Shown here: positions 43,782 to 54,539 of the stretch, in pieces | How positions within the stretch are numbered: the first letter of the stretch is position 1 | Layout of the letters: each line of letters opens with the position of its first letter | NCBI GenBank assembly: GCA_963844715.1 | Contig: CAWJPJ010000005.1 | Coordinates: 1-64,000, forward strand | Direction of reading: 5' to 3' | DNA from: an uncultured Phycisphaerales bacterium | GTDB taxonomy: Bacteria > Planctomycetota > Phycisphaerae > Tepidisphaerales > Tepidisphaeraceae | DNA: 64,000 nucleotides | Made by a program: the position numbers and the translations under genes | The notes under the pieces: model-generated | Told to the model about the DNA's origin: nothing | What the model saw: the letters and a program-made list of their open reading frames with translations, nothing else | Database searches by the model: none

Positions 43782-45137
43782 ATGTCCATTACTTACTCGC
43801 CTTCGCCGCGCGAGCCGATGCCTCGTCGTGCGCCGGAAGCCATATTCGATCCGTCCCTCTGGCATCAGATTCTCCAGCGGGTTCGGGCCGGCCATCCGAG
43901 CCTCAACCGCGTCTGGTTCGACCAGCTTACGCCCCGGCAGCTGACCAACGGCGTGATCCAGGTCATCGTCGCCAACGCCGCCCAGCTCAATTTCTGCCAG
44001 AGCCAGTGCCAGAAACCCTTTACCAACGCCGCTCAGGAAATCACCGGGCGGCTGGTCTCGGTCATGTTCCACTGCGAGAACCTCGGCGGCGGGGGGGTCT
44101 TCGGCGAGATCGAGCAGCCGCTGCCGCTTAATCCCGATTACACGTTCGATCAGTTCGTGACCGGGCCTTGCAATCGTCTGCCGCACGCGGCGTCGATTGC
44201 CGTCTCTGAACAACTCGGGCGAACCTACAACCCGCTCTTCATCCACGGCGGCGTTGGCCTGGGCAAGACGCATCTGCTCCAGGCAATCTGCCAGCAAGTT
44301 CTGGAGCGACAGCCCGAGGCGAGGATTCTTTATCTCTCCTGCGAGAGGTTCATGAATCATTTCATCGAGACCGTCGAAAAAGGCGACATGATGAAATTCC
44401 GCAATCGGTACCGGCATCTCGACATGCTGGTGATCGACGACATCCATTTCCTGGCCGGCAAGGACCGCACGCAGGAAGAGTTCTTCCACACGTTCAACAC
44501 GCTCTACCAGCAGCAAAAGCAGATCATCCTCAGCGCCGACTGCCCGCCGAGCGAAATTCGCGAGCTTGAAGAACGGCTGGTCAGCCGGTTCAACTGGGGC
44601 CTGGTCGCCCGGATCGACAAGCCGTGTTACGAGACCCGGGTTGCAATTCTGCAAAAGAAAGCCCGGGTCCGGGGACTGACGCTGCCGGACGACGTGCTTT
44701 GCTACGTGGCCGGCAAAGTGGAAAACAACACGCGCGAGCTCGAAGGTGCGATCACCAAACTCCAAGGGATGGGAAACTTGCAAAACGGAAAAATCGACCT
44801 CGACCTGGCGAAAACCGCCCTGGGCGAGAGCAGTGCGGCCGAGCAGCGCCGCGTCACGATCCAGCAGATTCTGGATACCGTCACCAAGTACTACAACGTC
44901 CGCCTCAGCGACCTGCAAAGTAAGCGACGCCACAAAAGCATCGCTTTCCCCCGGCAGGTCTGCATGTACCTCGCCCGCAGGCACACGCGGTATAGCCTCG
45001 AGGAAATCGGCGGCTACTTCGGCGGCCGGGATCACACCACGGTTCTTCACGCCGTCCGAACCGTCGAAAAAGATTGCACGGACGAGCGCGACATCGCCGA
45101 TCAGCTTAACCAGATCGAGGGGCAACTCGTCGCGTGA
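43782..45137 (+). CDS. dnaA: Chromosomal replication initiator DnaA
   Basis: YNPLFIHGGVGLGKTHLL, IDDIHF, QEEFFHTFN, RELEG, GGRDHTTV. Confidence 0.97.
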   Translation: MSITYSPSPREPMPRRAPEAIFDPSLWHQILQRVRAGHPSLNRVWFDQLTPRQLTNGVIQVIVANAAQLNFCQSQCQKPFTNAAQEITGRLVSVMFHCENLGGGGVFGEIEQPLPLNPDYTFDQFVTGPCNRLPHAASIAVSEQLGRTYNPLFIHGGVGLGKTHLLQAICQQVLERQPEARILYLSCERFMNHFIETVEKGDMMKFRNRYRHLDMLVIDDIHFLAGKDRTQEEFFHTFNTLYQQQKQIILSADCPPSEIRELEERLVSRFNWGLVARIDKPCYETRVAILQKKARVRGLTLPDDVLCYVAGKVENNTRELEGAITKLQGMGNLQNGKIDLDLAKTALGESSAAEQRRVTIQQILDTVTKYYNVRLSDLQSKRRHKSIAFPRQVCMYLARRHTRYSLEEIGGYFGGRDHTTVLHAVRTVEKDCTDERDIADQLNQIEGQLVA

Positions 45138-45297
45138 CGAGGCGGTGTGGAGTTCTAAATCCTGGGACTCGCGCTGCGGGGGAGAGGCTCGCGGTGCTGG
45201 GCAGCGCCGCTAAATGGGGAGAGGATCGAGACTGATCCGCCAAGGGCACGGGCGTCCCCTCGCCAATTCGATCTGGCCTCTCTAGAATCCCCGCCAC

Positions 45298-47077
45298 ATG
45301 GCGCTGGTCCTCTTTCACACAAGCAAAGTTCGCGAAGCCTTGAAATCGCAGGCGAGCCTGGGCGTGGATTTAATTTTGATCGTCGCCATCGCCGGACTCG
45401 TCGCCGCGGTGGCGATGTGCTTCGGACAAGCCTCCAGTCCGATGCGGCAGACGGTGCACATCGACCTGTCCCTGTGGGCGCTGCCCAAGTACACCATGTT
45501 CAGCCTGGCGCGGCTTCGCGGCGTACATCATCTCACTGGTCTTCACGCTCATTTACGGCACCATCGCCGCCCACAATCACCGGGCGGAAAAAGTCATGAT
45601 CCCGGCGCTGGATATTCTTCAGTCGATTCCCGTTCTGGGGTTCCTGCCGGGTCTGGTCCTGGCGATGATCAGCCTCTTCCCCAATCGCGAAATTGGACTT
45701 GAGCTGGCGTGCGTCATCATGATCTTCACCGCCCAGGTGTGGAACATGACCTTCAGTTTCCACGGCAGCCTGCGATCCATCCCCACCGCCCTGCGCGAAG
45801 CCGCCGCCATGCAGGGGCTCAGCGGGTGGCAGATTTTCCGGCTCCTGGAAGTCCCCGCCGCCATGATCGGACTGGTCTGGAACTCCATGATGTCCATGGC
45901 GGGGGGCTGGTTCTTTCTAAGCGTTAACGAGGCATTCCAATTGACGATCCACGGCGTCAATCACGATTTCCGCCTGCCCGGCATCGGGTCGTACATGAGC
46001 GAAGCCATCGAGCAGCGCGATCACCTGGCGCAGCTCGGGGCGATCATCGCGATGGTGCTCATGATCGTCCTGGTCGATCAGATTTTCTGGCGCCCGATCG
46101 TGGTCTGGAGCCAGCGTTTTAAATTGGAGGACAGCACCGACGCCGATGAGCCGCATTCCTGGGTCGTCGATCTGTTTAAACACTCGGCGATGTTGCGGCA
46201 CCTCTCGCGGGTATTTCGTCGCAAGCACCATGGAGAGCCGGTTGTCGTCGAGCGAGTTCACCGGCCTACTCCCGCCTGGATCGCGCCGGCAAGAAAATTT
46301 CTCACCTGGCTGGTCCTCACCGCCGGGTGCGTCGCCGCGATCATGGGGGCGCTGAAGCTGCTGGATCTGTTCGTCCATCTCCCACTGCGCGATCCTGACC
46401 CCTCGCACCCGTGGTATTTGCGCGAGGATTGGATCACGATTCTCCTGGCGCTCATGGCGTCGTTCGCCCGAACCACGGCCGCGGTCGTCATCGGCGGGAT
46501 CTGGACGCTTCCGGTCGGAATCATGATCGGCCTGTCCCCGCGATGGTCCCATCGCCTTCAGCCTATTAACCAGGTCCTGGCCAGTTTTCCGGCGCCGATG
46601 CTTTTCCCGCTTGTTTACGAACTGCTGGTCCTTCTGCACATTCCCTTCGGCGTGGGTTGCGTCGCTCTGATGCTCCTGGGTGCGCAGTGGTATATACTTT
46701 TCAATGTGATCGCGGGCGCCACCGCGATCCCGGCGGAACTGAAAGAGGCCGGAAGGATTTACGATCTCAGCGCCATCGAACGGTGGAAAAAATTGTATCT
46801 TCCAAGCGTCTTTCCCTATTTGGTCACCGGCCTGATCACGGCGGCGGGGGGGGCGTGGAACGCGACGATCGTCGCGGAGGCCCTCAGCCTGGGTCACGAC
46901 GTGACTATTTATACCTTTGGGCTCGGCTCGATTATTTGCCGCGCCTCCGACAGCGAGAAATACTCGTTGCTTGCGGCCGCCGTGGTCACGATGTCCGTTT
47001 TCGTGGTATTGCTGAACCGAATTGTCTGGAAACGACTGTATAGGCTTGCCGAGGGGCGCTACAGTTTGAATGTCTGA
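45298..47077 (+). CDS. NitT/TauT-family ABC permease, two fused domains (indel near 45510)
   Basis: [41 protein letters not shown]. Confidence 0.88.
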
Positions 47078-48435
47078 CGCAACGCGGAGCGATGGAAAAA
47101 TGGAAAACGGATCGACCATCTCGGAAGCCATCAACGTGACGGTCGCGTTTGGCGATGAGGCGAACGCGAATCGCCTGCTCGTGCTCGATAACGTCTCGCT
47201 CGCCGTCAAGCCGGGCGAGGTGCTCGCCATCCTCGGCCCCAGCGGATGCGGGAAAAGCACGCTCCTGCGCACCATGATCGGGCTGCTCAAACCCACCAGC
47301 GGAACCATCCTCGCGCACGGAAAACCTCTGGTCGGCATCCACCCGGGCGTCTCGCTGGTATTCCAAAACTTCGCGCTCTTCCCATGGCTCTCCGTGCGCG
47401 ACAACATCAAAGTTGCCCTGAACGGCCTGGATATTGATCCGGCGGTGGGACGGGAACGCGTCGCCCGCTGTATCGACGTCGTCGGCCTCGAGGGGTTCGA
47501 GGAAGCCTATCCCAAGGAACTCTCCGGCGGCATGAAGCAGCGCGTCGGAATCGCCCGCGCCCTGCGCGCGGGCCGGAACTGCTTTGCATGGACGAGCCTT
47601 TTAGCGCGCTGGATGTCTTCACTGCTGAAAGTCTTCGCAGCGAAGTCTATCGCCTCTGGTCCGGCGGCGGGAGCAAGCTGCCGTTCGCTCTCAAAAGCGT
47701 GGTGATGATCACCCACCTGATCGAGGAGGCGGTCTTTTTGGCCGATCGAATCGTCGTCATGGGCGCCCGACCCGGGCACATTCGCACGATCATCCAAAAC
47801 GACGTGCCGCACCCGCGCGAGTATCAATCCCCCGCGTTTATCCGGGCGGTGCAGCGCATTCACGATGTCATCACCAAGGAGCAGATGCCGGACGTGCCGC
47901 CGGCCCCCGCGCCGTGGAAGCTCCCGGCCAAATGCCGCAGCCGGCGCCGCTTCCCTCGGTCAACCTTGGCCACATCTTCGGGCTTATGGAAATCGTCCGC
48001 GATCACGACGGGCAGATGGACGTGTTCAATCTCGATCAGCTGACAGATTACGATTTCGGCCACACCATCAGCGTCGTCAAAGCCGGCGAACTCATCGGGT
48101 TCCTGGATACGCCGAAGAACCAGGTTCTATTGACCGATCTGGGCCGGAAATTCCTGGATGCCGATATCAACGCCCGCAAGGATATGTTCCGAATCCAACT
48201 GCTCACTCTGGGAACGTTCCGATTCGTCATGCATCTTCTGAACGATGCTCCTACGCACCGGTTGAGCAAGGATATCGTGGAGGAAGAATTGGCGGTCCGC
48301 CTGACGACTGAAGACGTGGAAAAAGCGTTCGCAACCATCGTCGGGTGGGGACGATTCGCCGAACTCTTCGGCTACGACGCCTCTTCGGAAGAGCTGTATT
48401 TGGACGAACCCACCGGCACGATGCCTCCCCCCTGA
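47070..48435 (+). CDS. NitT/TauT ABC ATPase with AAA-associated C-terminal domain (indels)
   Basis: [38 protein letters not shown]. Confidence 0.88.
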
Positions 48436-49016
48436 GGATTCTTCGCCACGGTCGCAATCGCCTGGCTGGCGCTGGTCGCATGGGCGGGCTGGGGCTGAGG
48501 CTGCGGCATTCTCTGCGATCCATTGCCCGTGATGCTCCGGCCAGGAATCACCAATCGACCGCTTCCGCTGACTGCCCTTTGCGAAACCGATGTGGATGGC
48601 GTGGCCACTTCGCTGAACGCCGTCGGCGTTGCCGGCCGCACCGGGCCCTGGCCCGGACTTGATGAGACCGTGGTCGGCGGTGCGCCGGAGGAAATCGGGG
48701 CTCTGCTGCCCCCTGGCTTTCCGGATACCGATTGGAATGCCGATTCGATCCTCTGCTGGAGCTTCGCGTCGTCGGGGTCGGACGCCGTCAGTAACGCCGC
48801 CGTCGCCTGGGCCTGGAGGGACGATAATTGCGCTTTCATCGCCGCCAGTTCGGAAGCTTGTTTATTGAGTTGTTGCTGCTGCGTCGCGATCGTCTGTTGT
48901 AAACCGGCGATCGTCCCATCCTTGCTGGCGCATTGATGTTGCACATCGGACAAAATTGCCGATAGCTGGTCCCAATCGTCCAAAATCGCCGCAAGCTTTT
49001 CCGTCAGAGGTGACAT
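48372..49016 (-). CDS. Hypothetical coiled-coil/low-complexity protein (true 3' end uncertain)
   Basis: GGAG RBS, Q/A-rich heptads; overlaps the convergent ABC gene end. Confidence 0.45.
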   Translation of the reverse strand: MSPLTEKLAAILDDWDQLSAILSDVQHQCASKDGTIAGLQQTIATQQQQLNKQASELAAMKAQLSSLQAQATAALLTASDPDDAKLQQRIESAFQSVSGKPGGSRAPISSGAPPTTVSSSPGQGPVRPATPTAFSEVATPSTSVSQRAVSGSGRLVIPGRSITGNGSQRMPQPQPQPAHATSASQAIATVAKNPQGGGIVPVGSSKYSSSEEAS

Positions 49017-49220
49017 GTGCACTCCGTTGCAAGCCCCGAATTCCAGCGTTCCTTCGCCGAAATTTCCGTCAGATGGGGACTTTACCGTGACGACCCGTGG
49101 GCTTCAACAGCCTGAGGGCAAAAAAGATGGGAAAGGAGACGCACGAAGGCATTCGCCGCGGCGACTGCTTTCCTGCCCTCCTTGACCCGCTTGGGCCACC
49201 CCCATAAGGTTCCCTTACGC

Positions 49221-50510
49221 ATGACACAGACATTGAATAACGAGCAGATTAACCGCTACAAGCGGCATCTGATCCTGCCGGAAGTGGGGACCGAGGGTCA
49301 GCTTAAGCTGATGAACGCCAAGGTTCTTTGCATCGGCGCGGGGGGATTGGGGTGTCCGATCTCTCTTTATCTGGCCGCCGCGGGCGTGAGGACCATCGGT
49401 CTGGCCGACGTTGACGTCGTCAGCCCGAGCAATCTTCAGCGGCAGGTTCTGTTCGGCGTCTCGTCGATTGGCGAAGCTAAAGTCACCGCTGCCGGGAAGC
49501 GCCTGAGGGATTTGAACCCCGACGTCAAAATCATCGAGCACAAGATCGTGGTGAACAGCCAGAACGTGCTCGATCTGGTTCGTCCGTACGACATCATCAT
49601 CGACGGCACGGATAATTTTCCGACGCGGTACTGCGTCAACGACGCCTGCGTGATCCTGAAAAAGCCGAACGTCTACGGCTCGATCTTCCGCTTCGAGGGG
49701 ATGATCACCGTCTTTGCCCCGCACTTGGAAAACCCCGACCGCCCCGGCGAGCACGGCCCGTGCTATCGCTGCCTCTATCCCGAGCCCCCTGATCCAGGCT
49801 CCGTCCCGAGCTGCGCTGAAGGCGGCGTGATCGGCGTTCTCCCCGGAATCATCGGCACCCTTCAGGCTAACGAAGTCATCAAGCTCATCCTCGGCGTCGG
49901 GCGACCCGCCACCGGGCGGCTTACCACGTTCAGCGCCATGGACCTGGAATTCCGAGCCTTCAAAATCCGCCGCGATCCGAATTGCCCGGTCTGCGGGGAG
50001 CATCCGACGATTACCAAACCAATCGACTATGAAGAATTCTGCGGCGTGCCGATTCTCGATCCTGCCAGTGCTGCTGAGACCGCCGCGGAAGTGAAAAAAG
50101 CAAAGGAGGGACCCGCGATGTCCCAAGCAAAATCCGATCCATCGCTCGATTCGCGCGGATTGCCGCCGCATTATCCATTTAAACCGGATTGGGAGATCAC
50201 GCCGCGCGAGGTGAAAAAACTTTTGGACGAGAAAGCCAATTTTGTTTTCATCGATGCGCGATTGCCGAACGAAGCGGCGATCACCAAAATCGACGGGGCC
50301 ACGCTCATTCCCGTCCAGCAACTTGCCCAGCGCATCGGCGAACTCAAAGGCCACGAAAATGACAAAATCATCGTCCACTGCAAGTCCGGCGGGCGATCGA
50401 TGCAGTTCGCTCAAATCCTCAAGCAGCAGGGGTTCAAGGATGTGAAAAGCATGGCGGGGGGGATATTGCTGTGGAATAAGGACATCAATCCGGGGGGACC
50501 GCAGTATTAG
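49221..50510 (+). CDS. moeB: MoeB/MoeZ adenylyltransferase plus rhodanese domain
   Basis: IGAGGLG, SNLQRQ, DGTDNF, PCYRC, CPVC, HCKSGGRS. Confidence 0.93.
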   Translation: MTQTLNNEQINRYKRHLILPEVGTEGQLKLMNAKVLCIGAGGLGCPISLYLAAAGVRTIGLADVDVVSPSNLQRQVLFGVSSIGEAKVTAAGKRLRDLNPDVKIIEHKIVVNSQNVLDLVRPYDIIIDGTDNFPTRYCVNDACVILKKPNVYGSIFRFEGMITVFAPHLENPDRPGEHGPCYRCLYPEPPDPGSVPSCAEGGVIGVLPGIIGTLQANEVIKLILGVGRPATGRLTTFSAMDLEFRAFKIRRDPNCPVCGEHPTITKPIDYEEFCGVPILDPASAAETAAEVKKAKEGPAMSQAKSDPSLDSRGLPPHYPFKPDWEITPREVKKLLDEKANFVFIDARLPNEAAITKIDGATLIPVQQLAQRIGELKGHENDKIIVHCKSGGRSMQFAQILKQQGFKDVKSMAGGILLWNKDINPGGPQY

Positions 50511-50545
50511 CGCGGGCTTTTTCGTGATGGGGTAAAATGAGCGGC

Positions 50546-51223
50546 ATGGGAAAGCCGCTTACGGCCCGGTCACAGCGGCGCATCATCACGACTCTCATAG
50601 TGGTGGGCGTGCTGGCAGCTTTATACGGATTGGGAATTTGGGCGGTATATGCATCAGAACGAACCAGATGCGCTTGGAATTTGCGCGCCATCGGCCAAGT
50701 GCTTATCCCGTACGCCAATGATAATCGCGGACAGTTGCCGCCTGATCTGGGGACGCTTGCGATTACCGAGGACGTAACCGCGCCGGTATTCACCTGCCGT
50801 GCAACCAATACTTCGGCTCCGGCGAATTTACCTGCCGATCAATTGAAGTCGTGGGTCAATGCCAATGCCGATTATATCTACATTGGAGGTTCGGAGAAGC
50901 TGTTTACGAATAGTCAGACGGTTCCGACCCAATCGAATATCGTCGCGCAAACGGTTTTGGCATACGAGAAAGACGAAAACCACCAGGGCAAAGGGATGAA
51001 TGTCTTATTTGCGGACGGGCACGTCGAGTGGATCACAATCGACGCGGCTCACCAGGCGGTCGCGGCAACGTTGGCGGGACGGGTTCGCAAACCCAGCCGA
51101 TCAGCACGAAATGAAGATTCGTCATCGCCCCCCCAACCTCGCGGTGGAGCACCGGGGCGAGGGGATGAGGACGGTTATCTCACTACTGAATCTTGGTCCC
51201 GAGCACGGCCAAAAACATGCTGA
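50546..51223 (+). CDS. H-X9-DG motif protein (DUF1559-like, planctomycete type); 3' end uncertain
   Basis: TM then [35 protein letters not shown]. Confidence 0.75.
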   Translation: MGKPLTARSQRRIITTLIVVGVLAALYGLGIWAVYASERTRCAWNLRAIGQVLIPYANDNRGQLPPDLGTLAITEDVTAPVFTCRATNTSAPANLPADQLKSWVNANADYIYIGGSEKLFTNSQTVPTQSNIVAQTVLAYEKDENHQGKGMNVLFADGHVEWITIDAAHQAVAATLAGRVRKPSRSARNEDSSSPPQPRGGAPGRGDEDGYLTTESWSRARPKTC

Positions 51224-51760
51224 TCCACTCCGGATGCGCCGGCCAGGCGGGGGCGGTTACCAGTTTCCCATCGACGATGGCCTTATCCACGGGGATGGCT
51301 TCGAACTTTCCGCCGCTGGCGGTGACTTCCGGGGCGACGGCGGGGTAGGCGGTGCAGGTTCTTCCTTTGAGGACGTTGGCCGCGGCGAGGATTTGCATGG
51401 CGTGGCAGATGGCGGCGACGGGTTTGACCGTTTCGAAGAAATGGCGGACGGTTTGAAGGACCGCCGGGTTAAGGCGCAGATATTCGGGCATCGGCCGCCG
51501 GGGAGGACGAGGGTGTCGTAGGTCTCCGGGCGGATTTCCGCGAAGGTTGCGTTGAGCGCGAAAGCGTGGCCGGGTTTTTCGGTGTAGGTTTGGTCTCCCT
51601 CAAAATCGTGCACGGCCGTCTTGATCTTCTCGCCCGACTTCTTGTTCGGGCAGACGGCGTGAACCGTGTGACCCACGGCCTGTAGGGCCTGGAACGGCAC
51701 CATCACTTCGTAATCTTCTGAGAAATCTCCGACGATCATGAGAATTTTCTTGGCGGCCAT
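51183..51760 (-). CDS. DJ-1/PfpI family protein (indel near 51490)
   Basis: [44 protein letters not shown]. Confidence 0.92.
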
Positions 51761-51785
51761 GGATCACTCCTGTTTGGAAAAAGCG

Positions 51786-51916
51786 ATTGAACCGCCAAGG
51801 CGCCAAGGACGCCAAGGACGCCAAGATAAAACCGCCAGAAAATGCCTTTTATTTCCGTTCAGTGTTTTCTTGGCGTTTCTTAGCTTGGCGTTCTTGGCGG
51901 CTTTTGGCGGTTCAAT
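51786..51916. repeat. Hairpin element of CGCCAAG tandem units
   Basis: 13-bp terminal IR ATTGAACCGCCAA/TTGGCGGTTCAAT; repeated CGCCAAG on the left arm and CTTGGCG on the right. Confidence 0.85.
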
Positions 51917-51923
51917 ACTCTTC

Positions 51924-52415
51924 TTATACCGGCATCTGATGCGCGACTTTGTACAGATTCCAGGTCAAATGAATCTGCCCATGATGATGCGCCTCGTGCC
52001 AGGCCATGAGGACTAAGGTATCCTCGACGGATCGTTTGCGGCCGCCGAAATCGAGTTCGCGATTCATCGCTTCGGGGTGCGTTTCGATCCAGCTTTTGAT
52101 GGCCGCGTATTTGGTGTCTAGCAACTCTCGAATCTGTTTCATGGACGGCACGTTTGCATCCGTCGGGGTCGAACCACCGGCAAAGGCATCGACCAGCTCT
52201 TTATCCGGCTGCTCGTTGGCAAATCGCATCTTGAGGAATCGCTCATGGGAGGCGGCGCAGTGGGCGAATTGCCACCCCAAATGGGCTCGCCCGGGGGCCG
52301 GGCGCCAGGCCAGGACCTGTCTCATATCTTGCCCGCTTTTTTCGATCGCGTTCAGTTCATCCAGCAAGCGCTGATGAGACATGTCCAGCGCTGCAATCAA
52401 AGTCTTCTGGTCCAC
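51924..52415 (-). CDS. DinB family protein
   Basis: HLGWQFAHCA, WHEAHHHGQI. Confidence 0.88.
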   Translation of the reverse strand: MDQKTLIAALDMSHQRLLDELNAIEKSGQDMRQVLAWRPAPGRAHLGWQFAHCAASHERFLKMRFANEQPDKELVDAFAGGSTPTDANVPSMKQIRELLDTKYAAIKSWIETHPEAMNRELDFGGRKRSVEDTLVLMAWHEAHHHGQIHLTWNLYKVAHQMPV

Positions 52416-52492
52416 GGCGGAATCTCCTTTGTTAAAACGGCAATGCCTTATGGGTTGATCTTATCCCGCAATTCACATCTCGGGTAGGATTC

Positions 52493-52525
52493 AAAAAGGC
52501 GAGTGCCCGCCGCGATGGCGGGCAC
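52493..52525 (-). terminator. Intrinsic terminator after rpoD
   Basis: GTGCCCGCC-5-GGCGGGCAC, then T5 after a 5-nt gap on the minus strand. Confidence 0.65.
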
Positions 52526-52576
52526 CGTAATCAATGTAATAACCTTGCGGGTTCGCGTCGGCGCGTTCCGGCTGAC

Positions 52577-54392
52577 TTATTGCGCCACGCCGCCGGGGAG
52601 AAAGCCTTCCAGCTTTCGGGCCCGGACGGGATGCTGGAGCTTGCGGATCGCCTTGGCTTCGACTTGCGCGCACCCTTTCGCGCGTCACTTTGAAGATGCG
52701 CCCGACTTCTTCGAGCGTGTAGGTGTAGCCGTCGCCGATGCCGTAGCGGAGCTTGATGATCTCGCGCTCGCGATACGTCAGGGTTTTCAGCACCTGCTCG
52801 ATTTTGTCCTTGAGCATTTCCTGAGTGGCGGACTCGACAGGATTGTCGGCTTTTTCGTCCTCGATGAAATCGCCGAAATAGCTGTCTTCGCTCTCGCCGA
52901 CCGGGCGATCGAGCGAGATCGGATGCCGGCTGATCTTGAGGACGCGCCGGGTTTCCGTGACCGTCATCTTCGCGCGGCGGGCGATCTCCTCGATGGTCGG
53001 TTCGCGGCCAAGCTCCTGCATCAGCGCTTTGCTGATGTTCCGCAGCTTGCTCATGGTTTCGATCATGTGCACGGGGATGCGGATCGTCCGGGCGTGGTCG
53101 GCGATGGCTCGCGTGATCGCCTGGCGAATCCACCAGGTCGCGTACGTGCTGAATTTGAAGCCGCGTCGGTATTCGTACTTGTCGACCGCGCGCATCAGGC
53201 CGGTATTCCCTTCCTGGATGATGTCCAGGAAAGAGAGCCCGCGATTGCGATATTTCTTGGCGATGGAGACCACCAGCCGCAGGTTTCCGCCCGACAGTTT
53301 TCGCTTTGCGTCCTCGTATTTGAAATAAATCTTGCGGATCGCGACCACCCGGCGGTGGAGATTCTGCGCATCTTCCAGCACCAGGTCTTCGAGTCCGCTC
53401 AGTTCCTGCTGGCAAACTTCGAGGTCTTCGCCGGGGTCCTTCAGTTTCTTGAGTTCCTCGATTTTCAGTTCGAGTTCCACCATCTTGGCGGAGATCGACG
53501 CCAGCTTTTTCATCAGCGGCGTTACCTTGCTGGTGCGCAGGGCCAGTTCTTCGAGCAGCTTGACGCTGCGGCGGCGGCGGCGGCGGATCGCCAGGCGAAC
53601 TTCGTCCTGGTCCTTCCGGGTCTTGGCGGTCCGCAGTTGTTCCCATTCGTCGCGATTGCGCCCAGCATTTGGCGGACCGACGCCAGGTTCAGCGGAATGC
53701 GCTGCCCGATGGTTCCCTTATCGGCCATGCCTTCATCGGTGCTGATTTTCATGGTGCGGTCGAACGGCAGATCGCCGTCGTCGACCTGCTGGAGAATCTC
53801 CGCCGCCGACTGGAGGCAGTAATCGCTCTCCAGAACTTTGGAGCGGAAAATTTTGCGGGTGATTTCGATCTTCTTCGCCAGCCCGATTTCCTGCTCGCGC
53901 GTGAGCAGGGGGATTTCCCCCATCTGGGTGAGATACATCCTGACCGGGTCGTCGATGCGCTTGGTGGAGGCCTCGGCCAGCTCGGCTTCCAGGTTCAGAT
54001 CCAGCGACTCATCGTCGTCATCCTCGTCGACGACGATCTCCTCTTCCTTCGGACGCGAGGGGCGCGCCCTTCAGGGACTTGACCGCCTTGGCGGCGGTGG
54101 GGGCCCGCTCTCCGGGCTCGGGGGAGGTCTTTTCCGGCTTGGTCGCGGCGCGGCCGGGTTTGGTGAACTCCGCGACGTCGGTGTCATCGATGAGACGGAT
54201 TCCCATCTCGTCGATCATCATCAGCAGCGAATCGAGCTTGTCCGGAGAAACCACTTCGTCCGGAAGGCGCTCGTTCAACTCGTCGTAAGTGAGGTATCCG
54301 CGCGAGGTCCCAAGATCCAAAAGGGCCTGCACGCGCAGGTCTACTTCTTCCTGAGAACCTGATCCAATCAGGGGCGTTTCAATCGTTGCCAT
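52577..54392 (-). CDS. rpoD: Primary sigma factor RpoD (several indels)
   Basis: Region 1.1 [55 protein letters not shown]. Confidence 0.97.
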
Positions 54393-54539
54393 TGTCTACA
54401 ATCCACTTTCCTGGCAGGAATCCGGACCAACGGCTGGCGGCCGCGATCCTCGCCGACGCGGTACCGGGCCAAAGAGTTCGGGAAAATTCCCGATCCTTGC
54501 AACGCGGTCACCGCCACCGGCGGAACACTCTTTAGTTTT

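Noticed and set aside
43584..45125. Long antisense ORFs (513 aa opposite dnaA; similar ones opposite rpoD, hemB, moeB and the ABC permease)
   Set aside because: Shadow ORFs expected from high-GC codon bias opposite well-supported genes
49113..49150. c-di-GMP-I riboswitch-like string GGGCAAA...GAAA...GACGCA upstream of moeB
   Set aside because: The segments flanking GAAA cannot pair, P3 is absent, and it lies upstream of the likely moeB promoter (TTGACC-17-TAAGGT)
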